DNA of 64,000 nt from Octopus sinensis (GCF_006345805.1 NC_043004.1:54126001-54190000), one strand, 5' to 3'. Positions 39,737 through 53,429 are shown, numbered from the stretch's first letter. A program made the numbers and translations. Notes: a model not told the origin generated them from the letters alone.

Positions 39737-40575
39737 GTTATTATTGTTATTACTATCACCTTCACTACCATCACCATCATCAGCAACATCACCATCACCA
39801 TCATCATCATCATTGACATTGTTTTATGTGTAGCCACAGCCACCATCAACACCCCATTGTGTGGGAGAATGGTTGGTTAAAGAATTCATGTTCTTTGGGT
39901 CTTTAAATAGATTCGGCAGATGGTGGAGACAAAGGACGTTAATGGTCAGTAAAAGGTCAAACCTGTTTACATTTATTTGTTTTATTTTATTTTTTTTCCC
40001 TCCTTTCCTTTCTCTTTTCTTTCTCTCCACATACATATGTTTATGTATATGTATACTCACTCACACATATTATCTGATGTTTACGTCGATGATTTAAAAA
40101 AAAAAAAACTTTCTGAGTTCAATGTTATGTATATATTTTTTTAATTTCTGAATTCAGTTGTATGTATATATTAGTAGGTGCTTAATTCCATAACTTTTTA
40201 TCGTGCATTTAATTGTGTTGTTACAATAAAAGGTAATTTAAAAGGCAATTTTACACATTCTTATAGTCATGAGAGACGACTAAATGTAAATGTTCACACA
40301 GAATTGGAGATATTTATGTTTCTAATTTTTCCTGTTAGGTGTATGAGCTGTAGATATGTAAGTTTTTTAAACTTATTTTGAGGGAAATTCAAATTACTCA
40401 CAGAAAACAGTAGATCTTCCAGTTTTCTACAGTTGTTTTTTTCAGTTGTCCTGCTGGGTTCGCTGTTGCCAGTTCAGAGCATCGTAAAAATACGTCCATC
40501 CTCTGTCACGTCCAGCCGCCTTCTTACGTCCAGCCGCCTTCATTACGTCCAGCCTTATTATTATTATTATTATTA

Positions 40576-40627
<52 letters not shown>

Positions 40628-40629
<2 letters not shown>

Positions 40630-40801
40630 GGGAGCATCCTGGCAGAATCGTTAGTACTCTGGGCAAAATATTTGTGGCATTTCGTCTGTTTGTACGTTCT
40701 GAGTTCAAATTCCGCCGAAGTCGACTTTGCCTTTCATCAATTCGTGGTCGATTAAATAAGAACCATTTACGCACTGGGGTCGATGTAGTCGACTCGCCCC
40801 A

Positions 40802-40803
<2 letters not shown>
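40628..40803 (+). mobile_element. SINE family B copy embedded in (ATT)n
   Basis: CTGGCAGAATCGTTAG...CTGAGTTCAAATTCCGCC; (ATT)n on both sides. Confidence 0.8.
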
Positions 40804-40874
<71 letters not shown>

Positions 40875-42332
40875 GTTGTTGTTGTTGTTGTTGTTTTCTA
40901 CTTTTAATCTGCATACTTGTTACAGTCACTTCCTGAGACACACCTAGTATCCTAGGGCAAGTGAACGATAAGCGATGTTACAGTATGACTGAAAGCTTGG
41001 GGAAGGCAAAGTAGCGATGTATCATCTTGTAATACTTCATTTTTGGATTTGGTTTGCAAGATTCTTTATATGAGTTCGTGTGTTGCAGCATATCCTGTTG
41101 TGTCTGAGGAGAGTCATTTTCTTTTTGTGCCTTATAATATAACAAACATACTCACCGCTAAAATTCCCACTTGTAATACAACAGACATTTAAACGGATAG
41201 GGTTTTTCTAAGTATGTGGGCAGTACTTATCAGTACAATATTTTGGATTTCTCTGAGACATGGTTCTCCTGGGATCTTATCTCTATGTTTGTTTTTTATA
41301 TCCCTTTTTTTATCAAACCTAGGTCACCTACAATAACAGGAACAGTTCTCGTTTTAAGATTCCACATCTTTTGTATTTCAATTTCCAAGTCCTTATATTT
41401 AATTAGTTTGTCAAATTCCTTAACAGATATATTTTTATCAGTGAGAACACTTACATTTATTAGTCTACAAGTATTTTCTTCTGTGTCTTTAATAATTATG
41501 TCTGGCCGATTAGCCTGGATCGTTCTGTCAGTATTGACTAGAAAATCCCAGAGGTTAGTGACATTTTTACCTTTAACGTCTAGCTCAGGATGATGTCCAT
41601 ACCTGTAATCAGGAGTGGTGATTTTGTAGTGCTTACATATTTGCCTGTTTAAATACTGCCCTACCCTATCGTGGCAATTTTTGTATTCGTTTGGTATTAG
41701 CACGGTACATCCTGAGACGAGCGGAATCTGCATTTAGGGTCAGAACCGTTTTGAAGAAGGTTAGCCTGGTAGTTCTTTGTGAGCAAGTTTTGATCTTGTG
41801 CTACAAATATGAAACATTCAGTCTCTGATTTCAGTTCCGAACTCTCAGTCATTGATGGGTTGCTGCTTGATCTACATCAGCATTTCGACTCCGAAGTACA
41901 TACTATCCATGTAGAGGCTTCTGGCTCCAGCGACCCTCAGTTTGTTGCTGCCCGTTCTTTTGTGCAGTTGCTTGATCCATTTTTCTTATTTGTGGCAGTG
42001 GTTTCAAGTCTTTCAAATATTTCAGAATTAATGCCAAGTTCCCTTGCAAATTTGCAAGCCTCATTGATAGCAGAATGCAATTTTTTGCTGCTTTCGTGTA
42101 TGCACACAAGTCGCAGCATCCAGTCCTGTGTACTGTTCAGTGCTATTATGGAGGTCCTATAGCACAGTTCTACCTGCATCACTCCTCTTCCTCTATTACT
42201 TCTAGGTAGGTACAGACGATCAACATCTGCTTTTTGTATGCTGCATATTCTTAGAAGTTAGTATTTTTCTTGTCTTCCTGTACAAACGTTGGAGCTCTGT
42301 AAAATTCCAGTAAATGACGTCGAAACTATATT

Positions 42333-42566
42333 TATTTCTTTATTGCCCACTGGGGGCTACACATACAGGGGAAAAACTAGGACAGATAAAGGGATGAAGT
42401 CGATTACATCTACTCCAGTGCATAACTGGTACTTATTTAATCGACCCTGCAAGATGAAAAGCAAATTCGACCACGGCGGAATTTGAACTCAGAACGTAAC
42501 GGCAGACGAAATACCGCCAAGTATTTCGCCCGGCGTGCTAACGATTCTGCCAGCTCACCGCCCTTA
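42333..42566 (-). mobile_element. SINE family B (Tx1-like tail) with 10-bp TSD
   Basis: AAACTATATT at 42323-42332 and 42567-42576. Confidence 0.9.
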
Positions 42567-42710
42567 AAACTATATTGAACTACTGAAAGTGCTAGAGGGT
42601 TCATGGCTTCCATGCAATTTTCAGAGTTGTGTTCAGTTTTTAGTACGAGTTTTATTATCCTGTAATATTCCTTTCTTATTTTTATCCTTCATAGTATCAT
42701 GTTGTATACC

Positions 42711-42938
42711 TATTTCTTTACTACCCACAAGGGGCTAAACATACAGGGGACAAACAAGGACAGATAAACGGATTAAGTCGATTATATCTACCCCAGTGCG
42801 TAACTGGTACTTACTTAATCGACCCCGAAAGGATGAAAGGCAAAGTCGACCTCGGCGGAATTTGAACTCAGAACGTAGCGGCAGACGAAATACGGCTACG
42901 CATTTCGCCCGGCGTGCTAACGTTTCCGCCAGCTCACC
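42711..42938 (-). mobile_element. SINE family B (Tx1-like tail) with 10-bp TSD
   Basis: GTTGTATACC at 42701-42710 and 42939-42948. Confidence 0.9.
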
Positions 42939-43654
42939 GTTGTATACCATCTCCTTCGTTTATCTCCAGGTGTTTGTTATTTTCTTGTGGATCAAGCTCC
43001 TTGATGGTAATGTCGGTATCTAAGTTAATGGACGTTCTTTGCCTGACCTTTAGCACACTTATCAATGCCAAGGTTCATCCCGATGTCATTACCGAATTAT
43101 TCAACAGCTATTAGCGGCCCTGCTAGCTTTTCGTCATTTCTAGCTAACAGCTTCAGATCGTCTATGTAAAAAACGTTGGTTTATTGTCGTAGTGTAAACT
43201 TTAAAACATTACCTGGTGTTACCTAGTTCGTTTGAGAGTGGGATCAGTGCCATACAAAAGAGTAAAGGGGAGAGAGAGTCACCTTGAAATTTTTCTCGTT
43301 TGATGTTAATACTAGCTTGGCGCATCCCATTACTATGATTTAGAAGGAGACGTGTGGGACACTATAAAATGCTTTCGTGTGGTCTGTCGATGTCATTCTC
43401 GTGTTCTTTTTGCTCCTGAAATTCTCTGAATTCAATTTACTTATGAGCAATTGATCTTTGCACCCATAATAATTACTTCTACAGATGTTTTGAGCTTGTA
43501 GAAGGATAGATCTTTGTTCAAGGAAAGCGTTTATTCTCAGTTAATGTGGATGTGAGAAACTTGTAAGTGGTGTTATTGGTTGATAGTTCTTTGAATTTTT
43601 TGTCTTCAGTTTTTCTAGAAGCATTATTATCATTATCATTGTCATTATCAATAC

Positions 43655-43699
<45 letters not shown>

Positions 43700-43714
43700 G
43701 ATTGTGGCTGCTAT

Positions 43715-44255
43715 TAAGGTGGCATCTTGGTAGTATCATTAGCAGGTCGGGCAGCCGATCTGAGTTCAGATTCCGTCGAGGTTGACTTTGCCATTCATCC
43801 TCCCGAAGTCGATCGAATAACTACCATTCGAGTATTGGAATCGATGTAATCGACTTTTCCCCTCCTCCAATTGTTGGCCTTGTGCAAAAATTTGAAACCA
43901 TTATTATAATTTTTAAGGCGGTGAGATAGTAGAAGAATTCGGTAATGACATCGGGATGAACCTTGGCATTGATAAGTGTGCTAAAGCTCAGGCAAAGAAC
44001 GTCCATTAACTTAGATACCGACATTACCATCAAGGAGCTTGATCCACAAGAAAATGACAAACACAGGGAGATAAACGGGCGACATGCTTATGAGTATTTC
44101 GTCAACCTTCACGTTCAGAGTTCAAATTCTGCCGAGGTTGATTTTGCCTTTTATCCTTTCGTGGTCAATAAAATAAGCGCCACTTACGCTTCGGGGTTCC
44201 TGTAATCGACTAAACACATCTCCACAAATTTCAGGCCTATAGTAAAAAGAATTAA
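43715..44255 (+). mobile_element. Two tandem SINE family B copies with alternative tail; the second carries an inverted R4 insert at ~43936-44077
   Basis: Head and body motifs; tails GGCCTTGTGCAAAAATTTGAAACC and GGCCTATAGTAAAAAGAATT followed by ATT repeats. Confidence 0.75.
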
Positions 44256-44328
<73 letters not shown>

Positions 44329-44331
<3 letters not shown>

Positions 44332-47300
44332 TAGTTTTATTTTTATAGCGTGCTTTCACTTCACTACCGAGCGCAGCTTTGTGTGCCTTAGGTATGTGCT
44401 GTGATTTGTTGTGATGCTCTGATGGTTATTGTACTGAAAATGTTATTACGTAGTGCTACTTTCTGTATTTTATATATACTTGTTATTCCTGGTGTTTTTG
44501 TTATGTATTTGTCTGAATATTTTTTATCATGCCTAATGCACCTACTATGATAGGAATTGTTTCTGTTTTTAGATTCCACATTCTGGTTACCTCTATTTCC
44601 AGGTCTGTGTATTTTGAGAGTTTCTCCATTTCTTTTAGAGACACGTTGTCATCTGCCGGTATTGATACATCAATTAGAAAGCATTTTTTTTCTTCATGAT
44701 CTCTAACAACTATATCTGGCCTGTTGGCCTTAATTTCTCTATCTGCGTGTATCGGCATATCCCAGAGTATGGTTGCTTTCTCGTTTTCTGTGACATTTTC
44801 TGGTGTGTGCCTATACCATCTTTTTTCTGTTGTTATTCCATAATGTTGGCATAGCTTCCAATGTATGTAGGTTCCAACTCTGTCATGTCTGTGAATATAT
44901 TCCTTCTTAATATGATTTATTGTTTCTTGTCCATCTCCACATATTCTGCAGTTACTTGTTATATTTCTTTTCATTACGTGTTTTTGGTAACTTCTGGTGG
45001 GGAGGCTTTGGTCTTGTACTGCAATTAAAAATCCCTCTGTTTCTGCTTTGAGTCCTGAGCTTCTCAACCATTGCTGGGATTTTTCTTTGTCTATTTCTTT
45101 TGCGTTTAGTTTAGTGCAGCATTTACCATGAAGGGGCTTTTCTTGCCATCGTTTTATCATGGTTCGTTGCTGTTCTATTTTTAGTTTGGATTTCATTTGT
45201 TTTATAGCTTTTGTTGTTTCTTCATCTTCTTCTTCTTCTTCTTCTTCCTCTTCATATTTATTAGGTGGTATGATTTCTTGTTTGTATTTGTCAGCTTCCT
45301 TAAATACTGAGAACAGTTTTTTGTTTTACTCGTGTTTTGCCGCTATTTGTATCAGTTTTCCTTCTTTCTGAAGTAGATATTTTTGCAGTCCTATGGTGGT
45401 TATTTTATAGTAGTTTTCCAGTTGTATAAGGCCTCTACCACCTTCTATACGTTGTATATATAGTCTTTCTATGTCAGATTTTGGGTGATGCATCCTAGAT
45501 CCTGTCATTATTTTTCTTGTTTTCCTATCTATTTTGGTCAGTTCATTTCGTGTCCAGTTAAGGATATTGTAGCAGTAACTTATAACTGGGACAGCTAAAG
45601 TGTTGATACCTATTATCTTGTTTTTAGCATTGAGCTCTGTTTTTAGTATTGATCTAACTCGTCTATAATATTCTTTTTTAATTTTCTCTTTCATTTGTGT
45701 GTGTTGTGTCTTATCTAGTTCATGGATTCCTAAGTATTTGTAAGTTTGGCTTTGGTCTAATTCTTTTATTTCATTGGTTTTATCTAGTGTGATGTTGCTA
45801 CTCTTAACTAGTTTTCCTCTTTTCATGGTTACTTTGGCGCATTTTTCTAATCCAAATTTCATATCTATTTCTTTGGTAAATCCATGAACTGTCTTTAATA
45901 GCGTTTCCAGCTGTTTGTCATTTGCAGTGTATAGTTTTAGGTCATCCATATATAAAAGGTGGCTGATCGTTTTGCCGTAACATTTATATCCGCATCCAGT
46001 TCTATTTAGTATATCAGATAGAGGTGACAGTTCCAAGCAGAAAAGGAGTGAAGAGAGCGTGTCTCTGGAATATTCCTCTTCTAATGGGGATGTCTTTGGT
46101 TTTCATGAGTCCCTCTTTTGTTTGGAGGTGTAGGACTGTTTGCCATTTATTCATAGAGTGCTCTATGAATTTTATGATTGTTGGTGCTACTTTGTTAATG
46201 GCTAGTGTTTCGAGGATCCATGAGTCGGGGATGCTATCAAACGCCTTTTTGTAGTCAATCCAGGCCATACTGAGGCCTTTCTTCTTTCTGTGGCTGTCTT
46301 CAGTTATGGCTTTATTAATCATTAGTTGATCTTTACAGCCATATGAGCCTTTGCGGCATCCTTTCTGCTCTTCTGGGAACAGTTTGTTTTCGTCCAGATG
46401 CATGTTCAACCTTTGCGATATCACTGCAGTAAATGCCTTGAACATAGTAGGGAGGCAGGTTATTGGTCTGTAGTTTTCTTGTTTTGCTGTCTCATTTGAT
46501 TTGTGAATTAAGATGGTTTTCCCCTTCGTGAGCCATTCAGGCATTGCCTCTGGCTCTGCTAGTATGTTGTTAAAGTTTTCAGCCAGCTTTTTGTGCATTC
46601 CTGTTAGATATTTCAACCAGAAGTTGGGGATCTTGTCATGCCCAGATGCCTTCCAGTTGCTTAGTCTTTGCAGTGCCTGGGTGATCTCTTCAGTTGTTAT
46701 GGGGGTCCAAAGTTGTTCAGATGCCGAGTTTATTATTTTGATACTCCTTTTTTTTGGTTGTTCGTTCACCGACCATATTTCTCTCCAGAATTCTTCCAAT
46801 TCTTCTGCCGTTGGTGCTGCAGTGACTTCTATTTTATTTTTGCCAAGTTCTTGGTAGAACTTTTTGGGGTTGGAGTTGAACTTGTTGTTTTGTTCATAGA
46901 AGCGCTGGCGTTTCGCGTACCGGCGGATCCTTTGTGCTTTGGCAAGGATATCTTGCTTCAGCTTTTCTTTTATCTCAGGTAAATCTTTTTCTGTGATGTT
47001 ATATTTGCGGAGTATTTTTGTTTTCTTTTTGTTGCTCAGTAGCGTTGATTATTTGCTGATTTCATTAAGAATCGACAGATCTTTTCTCATTTTTTGTATT
47101 TTGTTTTGGATGTTATTTATCCACAGGGTTTGTTTGAGTGGTGGTACTCCTGTTTGGATGGGTTTGAGTGAGTATCCAGCTTCTTTTGTGGCTGCAGTGG
47201 CTGCTGCGTATATTAAGTCATCTAGCTCAATGATATCGCTTTTTGTTTCAGTGGCTATTAGTTCCGTGTTGAGAATGTATCTTCGTACGTTAGCTAATTT

Positions 47301-47952
47301 ATTAGGGTTCATTGCTGTATCCAAGTTTATATTTATGTTATTTTCCTTCCATATTTTATATGTATGTGTTGTTGTGTTTTCATTTTTTGGGTAGAGCACT
47401 GCTGTGAAGTATGCGTGTAAGATAGAAATGTATTCCTCACGTGTCCATTTACGTCTTTTGGGTTTTATTTGCGGGACATGAGGTACAACGTCCGGCCCAT
47501 TATTTTGATGGTCGTCATTTTCGTAGGGTACCGGTCCGTTCATTTCTGTTGTCACATTATTTCGCACGTGTAGTTTTTCGTACATTTTTTGTTGTAAGTT
47601 TAAAGTACGTACCGCTCGATTGTTATTCTTGGGTTGAATAATATCGGTGGCATTTAATTTCTTCGTAGTTCCTTTGTACATGGTGTTTGGGGTCGGGGAT
47701 GATCATGATGTTCCACGCATGTTTACATGTGTTGTGTTAGAGGTGGAGATGATATCGAGTCAAAATACATCATTTCGTTTTGAAAATAGTAGTAAATTTC
47801 AGTTAGTATTACTTACTCGGATACAGTCCAATCCTTTGTTAGTAAATCTTTTGCTCCATACGATGTCCTTGTTTTCGATGTTTGTGGATAGATTTCGGAG
47901 CTCTGTATTTTCCTTCTTACATCTTAAACGTCCCCCGGTGTTCTCCTCGGGG
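44329..47952 (-). mobile_element. Full-length R4/Dong-clade element (copy B), disrupted, inserted in (TAA)n
   Basis: KWTREEYISIL N-terminus, RT ([22 protein letters not shown]), CRIC..ETINH, ANRPDIVV; long AAT tracts directly abut both ends. Confidence 0.93.
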
Positions 47953-47954
47953 AG

Positions 47955-48016
<62 letters not shown>

Positions 48017-48329
48017 TACTACTACTACTACTATTATGGTGAAGACTCTCAGCTTTATTTTTCTAGGTATGATGGAATGTGTCAGCCGTCCACAGTCAGA
48101 AGTCTAAGTTGACACTTGTTTACTGATCATGCTTCAAGAACTCTGCGGAGGTATCATGCAGTTTCAAACAATGACGATTTTTGTAGGAGTCTGTCTTTGC
48201 ATTCGTTTCAATCGTTTTGAGTCATGTTGATAGTTGGATGCTGATACTTGTAGAATCGTTAGAGCGTCGGAAAAATGCCCAGCTTTATTTCGTCAGCTTT
48301 ATTTCGTCAGTTCCAATTCCGCCAATATC

Positions 48330-48562
48330 TATTTATTTATTACCCACAAGGGGCTAAACATAGAGTGGACAAACAAGGACAGACATAGGTATTACGTCGA
48401 TTACGTCGACCCCAGTGCGTAACTGGTACTTATTTAATCGACCCCGAAAGGATGAAAGGCAAAGTTGACCTCGGCGGAATTTGAACTCAGAACGCAACGG
48501 CAGACGAAATACCACAAAGCATTTCGCCCGGCGTGCTAACGATTCTGCTAGCTCGCCACCTT
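48330..48562 (-). mobile_element. SINE family B (Tx1-like tail) with 16-bp TSD, nested in an older plus-strand SINE
   Basis: CAATTCCGCCAATATC at 48314-48329 and 48563-48578. Confidence 0.92.
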
Positions 48563-50159
48563 CAATTCCGCCAATATCAACACTGCTTTTCATCTTTTCA
48601 GAGTCAGTAGAATTTCGTGTCAGTGAAACACTGGCGTCGACGCTGCAATCAACGAGCTCCTCCTACAAAATGTCAGAACTTGTGCCCATAATATAAAGAA
48701 TTATTATTGCTGCTGCTGCTGCTGTTATTGTTGGAGGTGGGGATGGTGTGGTTGCGGCGGCGGTGGTGGTGGTGGTTTGTGGTGGTGGTGGTGGTGGTGG
48801 TGGTGGTGATGTTTTTGCCGTTGTTTAGGTACCAGCACGCCACTCCTTCAAGTTGCTTATGAGTTTTGTTTGTTTTAATTGCATTTTAAAGGTCTATGAA
48901 CAGTTTTGTTCTATGATGTTGCTAAGCTAACCGAGGTTTTAAAAGCTGGTTAGTTACGTTTCGTTTCCGCCCATCAGTGCGAAATTTGTCGTCTTTTTGT
49001 AGAATTTACCCATTTAAAGTACATCAAAGAACAGCTTTGAAATGTTCAGTAAGAAGTCAGAGTGGAGTAAGCAGTAATTGAAACAACACTTTTCATGCTG
49101 CCTTTTCCGTCTTAAACCGAGACACCACCATCTCTAACGCCCATAAAAATTAGCACAACAAAAGCAAGAGCAACAATAAAGGCAAAAAAGCGAACATATA
49201 GACGGCTACAGTGAAACCACAACTAATGCGAAAACTACTTACACCACCACTGCTACCAAGAATGCAATCTATAGGGGCGACAGCAACAATAAAAATACTA
49301 TTCAAAATGGAATCTAGTAAAAATAATTGAATAGCAGTTGCAATACGCCTGTCAATAATCCAAACACAGTGACCACCTACACTCCCAACACATACTCCGA
49401 TACGAATATTAATTTTAACGCCATTAATGTCGATAACAACACGGCAAGCAAAACTATAGCAAGCAGTTTCACTGACTGAAGAATCTATTTCTTTATCCTT
49501 CCAAAATTTGAAGCTTCAACTTAAATGGAATTAAATGTGAGGAGGGAGATGCTTCTGTCTTGATGGATTTGACAGAATGGCACGGATAAAACAAATATTA
49601 TAATTCAGAACTGTTATTTTTACTTTTTCGTTATACTACAAAGCGCAGATCTATGGATCCTGGATATTCGTTGTGGTTTGTTTGGTGTTGCCATTTTAGC
49701 TGCAATGGAAGTGCTATACGTGAGAAGCGTGTTGTGTCTAGAAGAGCTATTTTCAGTGTTATAAATATTCATAAGTCGTAGTGGTTCTGTTATGTATTTT
49801 CTGCATGTTTTTTACCTTACCTAAATAAAATATCTATCTATATAGCTACAGTTTATCTTCAGGTTCCACATTGAGTTTGCCTCTATTTCCAGATGTTTGT
49901 CTTTCGACAATTTCTTAATTTGTTTCAGAGATACATTGTCATCAGTTGGTACGGATATGTCGATTATTATAATTATCATTGTTATTGTTGTTGCTGTTGT
50001 TGTTGTTGTTGTTGTTATTGTTGTTGTTGTTGTTGTTCTTCTTCTTCTTCTTCTTCTTCTTCTTCTTCTCTTCTTCTTCTTCTTCTTCTTCTTCTTCTTC
50101 TCTTCTTCTTCTTCTTCTTCTTCTTAAGTTGGCGGGCTGAGAGAATTGTTAGGTTGGGC

Positions 50160-51250
50160 AAAATGGTGGTTATTTTGTAATAGGTTTCTAGCTGTATAAG
50201 GCCTCTACCACCTTCTATACGTTGTATATCTAACCTTTCTATGTCAAATTTTGGTTAGTGCATCCTAAATCCTGTCATTATTTTTCTTGTTTTCCTGTCT
50301 ATTTTGGTTTCTTCATTTATTGTCTAGTTGAGGATATTGTAGCTGTAACTAATAACTGGGACGGCTTGAGTGTTGATGCCTATTATCTTGTTTTTCGCAT
50401 TGAGCTCTGTTTTCAGAATTAATTGAACTCATCTATAAGTATTCTTTTTTATTCTTTCATTCATTTGTGTGTGTTGTATCGTATCTAGTTCATTGATTCC
50501 TAAATATTTGTATTTCTGGCTTTCGTCTAATTCTCTTATTTCATTTGCTTTATCTAGCATGATGTTTCTAATCTTAAATAGTTTTCCTATTTTCAGTGTT
50601 GCTTTAGTACATTTTTCTAACCCAAATTTCATATTTATTTCTTTGTTAAATCCATGTACTCTCTGCATTAATGTGTCCAGCTGTTTACTATTTGCAACGG
50701 ACAGTTTTAGGTCATCCATATATAAGAGGTGGCTGATTGTTTTGCCGTAACAGTTGTATCTGCATCCAGTTCTGTCTAGCATGTCAGATAAAGGTGTCAG
50801 TGCCAAGCAGAAAAGGAGTAGAGAGGGCGTGTCTCCCTGGAATATTCCTCTTCTAATGGGGAATGCTTTAGTTTTAATGACTCCTCCTTTCGTTTAGAGC
50901 TGTAGCATTGTCAGCCATTTTTTCATAGAGTGTCTTTATGACTAGTGTTTCTTTATGACTAGTGTGTGGGGGATGCTTTTCGGTAGTCAATCCAGGATAT
51001 ACTGAGGCGTTTCTTTTTTGTGCGGTTGTCTTCAGTTATGGCGTTATTGATTATTAGTTGATCTTTACAACCGTATGAGCCCTTGCAGCATCCCTTCTGC
51101 TCTTCTGGAAACAGGTTGTTTATTCCAGATGCTTGCTCAATATCTACGATATTATTGCAGCAAGGGCTTTGTAAATTGTAGGCTATTGGTCTGTAATTTT
51201 GTGGGTTTGCCATTTCAGTGGATTTGGGAAGTAGGACAGTTTTTCTTTTC
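50160..51250 (-). mobile_element. R4/Dong RT fragment (copy D), closely related to copy B
   Basis: [26 protein letters not shown]; colinear with ~45380-46500 with deletions. Confidence 0.88.
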
Positions 51251-51383
51251 GTGAAATTCCGCCGAGATTGACTTTGCCTTTCATCCTTTCGGTATCTATA
51301 AATTAGGTACCAGTACTGGGATTGATCTAAATGCACAAGTCCCCTCCCCACAAATTTCAGATTTGTCCCTTTAGTAGAAAGGA

Positions 51384-51419
<36 letters not shown>

Positions 51420-51559
51420 TATTATTATTATTATTATTATTACTATTTCCTTCTTTCTTCAAATTTTCTTCCTAGTGCAGTGAAGTTCATTGTATGCATT
51501 CCCAGATTACACACGCAAAGTCACATGTATTAAATATGTATTTAAAAATTAATAAATTA

Positions 51560-52625
51560 ATAAATACATGAATGGATGTTGTTTTCACAGCGATAATGCT
51601 CTTCTCAGTACATTAGCCGTTCCAGTTAACACGATTTTTTGCACTTCCTGTAGGAATTATAAGCCTGGTATCATTTTCAAATATGTTTCAGTATCTTTTT
51701 TTATCATTCCTAGAGCTCCTACAATCACTGGTACTGTAGTTGCCTTGAGATGCCACATTTTTCAATTTCTATTAGTTAGTCCTTATATTTACTGATCTTG
51801 TCAAATTCTTTCACCGCTATATTGTGATCGCAAAGAATACTCATGTCAATTAATAAGCACATCCTTTTTGTCTGATCTTTTGTAATAATATCCGGATATT
51901 ATAATAATATCCGGTCTTTATAGATTTGTCGGTATGTACGGGGAATTCCCATAGAATCCACACATTTTCTCCCTCAGTCACAGCTTCAGGATTGTGTCTA
52001 TACCATTTGTCAGCGGTTTTGATTTTATAATGTTTGCATATTGTCCAGTGTAAATACTGGCCGACTCTGTCATGTCTTGCTTTATATTCTACAGGTGCTA
52101 AGACTCTACACCCTGAGATTAGGAGGTCTATAGTTTCAATCTCATCGTTACAGAATCGGCATTTTGGGTCAGCTCCATTTTTTATCACATTGGCTTGGTA
52201 GTTCCGGGTTAATAAGCTTTGGTCTTGAACAGCTAATATGAAACCTTCACTTTCCGCTTTTAGCCCTGGACTTCGTAACCATTGGAGCGTGTGTCGACAT
52301 CCGCTTGTTTGCTACGGGCCACATACTTGCCATGCAGAGGTTTCTGTTCCCATCTGCTAGCTAATTTTTCATGCGCTTTTGTCTTTGCAGTTGATTTTAT
52401 TTTCTTTGCGGCAGCAGTTGGAGCATTTCCTTCAACCTGTTCATTTTGGTAGGTATCCAAGAGATCAATAGCGAATTTTTTGCCTTCTTTCATAATTTTT
52501 TCGGTCTCTCATGGTTTTCAACAAGTTTTAGCATCCAATCGTTGGTTGCTTCAAGGTATTTGGCGAGTCCGATTGTGGTGGTTTTGTATGTAAGTTCAAA
52601 CTGGATCAAACCTCGACCTCCCTGA
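51560..52625 (-). mobile_element. R4/Dong 3' fragment (copy E)
   Basis: KPLHGKY, CRFCNDEIETID, HDRVGQYLHW; abuts (ATT)n at 52627. Confidence 0.85.
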
Positions 52626-52653
52626 TTTATTATTATTATTATTATTATTATTA

Positions 52654-52696
<43 letters not shown>

Positions 52697-52698
<2 letters not shown>

Positions 52699-52915
52699 AG
52701 GCTGTGAGTTGGCAGATTTGTTAGCACGCTGCGCAAAATACTTAGCTGAATTTCGTCCGCTTTGACATTCTCAGTTCTAATTCCACCGAGGTCGACTTTG
52801 GCTTTCATCCTTTCGGGGTCGATAAATTAAGTTCCAATGAAATACTGTGGTCGATGTAAACGACTAGTCCCTCTTCCCCATAATTGCAGGGCTTGTGCCT
52901 ATAGTAAGAAGGGAT
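52697..52915 (+). mobile_element. SINE family B copy with (ATT)n tail, embedded in (ATT)n
   Basis: AAGGCTGTGAGTTGGCAG head; tail GCTTGTGCCTATAGTAAGAAGGGATTATT. Confidence 0.8.
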
Positions 52916-52961
52916 TATTATTATTATTATTATTATTATTTTTTTATTTTATTTTTTTGAA

Positions 52962-53250
52962 GGCGCAGGCGTGACTGTGTGTTAAGAAGCTTGCTTAACA
53001 ATCACACGATTCCGGGTTCAATCTCATTAGGTGGCACCTTGGGCAAATGCCTTTCTTCTGTAGCCTCGGGATGATCAAAGACTTTTGAGTGGATTTGGTA
53101 GACGGAAACGGAAAAAAGCTCGTCTTATATGTTTATGTATATTTGCATGTGTGTCTGTGTTTGTCCCTTCACCATCGCTTGAGAACCGATTTTGGTGTGC
53201 TTACGTCCCCGTAACCTAGCGGTTCGGCAAATGAAACAGTTAGAATAAGT
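52962..53250 (+). mobile_element. SINE family C copy
   Basis: GGCGCAGGCGTGACTGTG head, CACCTTGGGCAAATG core-like motif. Confidence 0.8.
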
Positions 53251-53429
53251 AAATACAACCAGTGTTTCAGTGGTTCAAAGAATCATTCTGGTTACATTTG
53301 CAAACATCTTCTTAAGTTTAAATTCGTTAAAGAGTCCATATTCCGCTGTCTGAACTTTCGATCTTTTGTCAGGACGACATCAGCCCATGCGGCAATAGGT
53401 TATATTCCCATATTTTGGTGTTGCCACTG

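Larger units (their letters stand above)
41230..43640 (-). mobile_element. Degenerate R4/Dong fragment (copy C) interrupted by two SINEs
   Basis: HDRVGQYL, TDRTIQANRPDIII, KYKDLEIEIQKMWNLK, GIDKCAK-like motifs. Confidence 0.85.

Noticed and set aside
40490-40556. Three ~19-bp repeats ACGTCCAGCC(GCCTTC)
   Set aside because: Contiguous minisatellite without spacers; not CRISPR-like, and the context is eukaryotic
47915-47952. GC-rich hairpin at the R4 copy B 5' end as an HDV-like ribozyme
   Set aside because: Only one helix is visible; the nested pseudoknot and catalytic C could not be assigned
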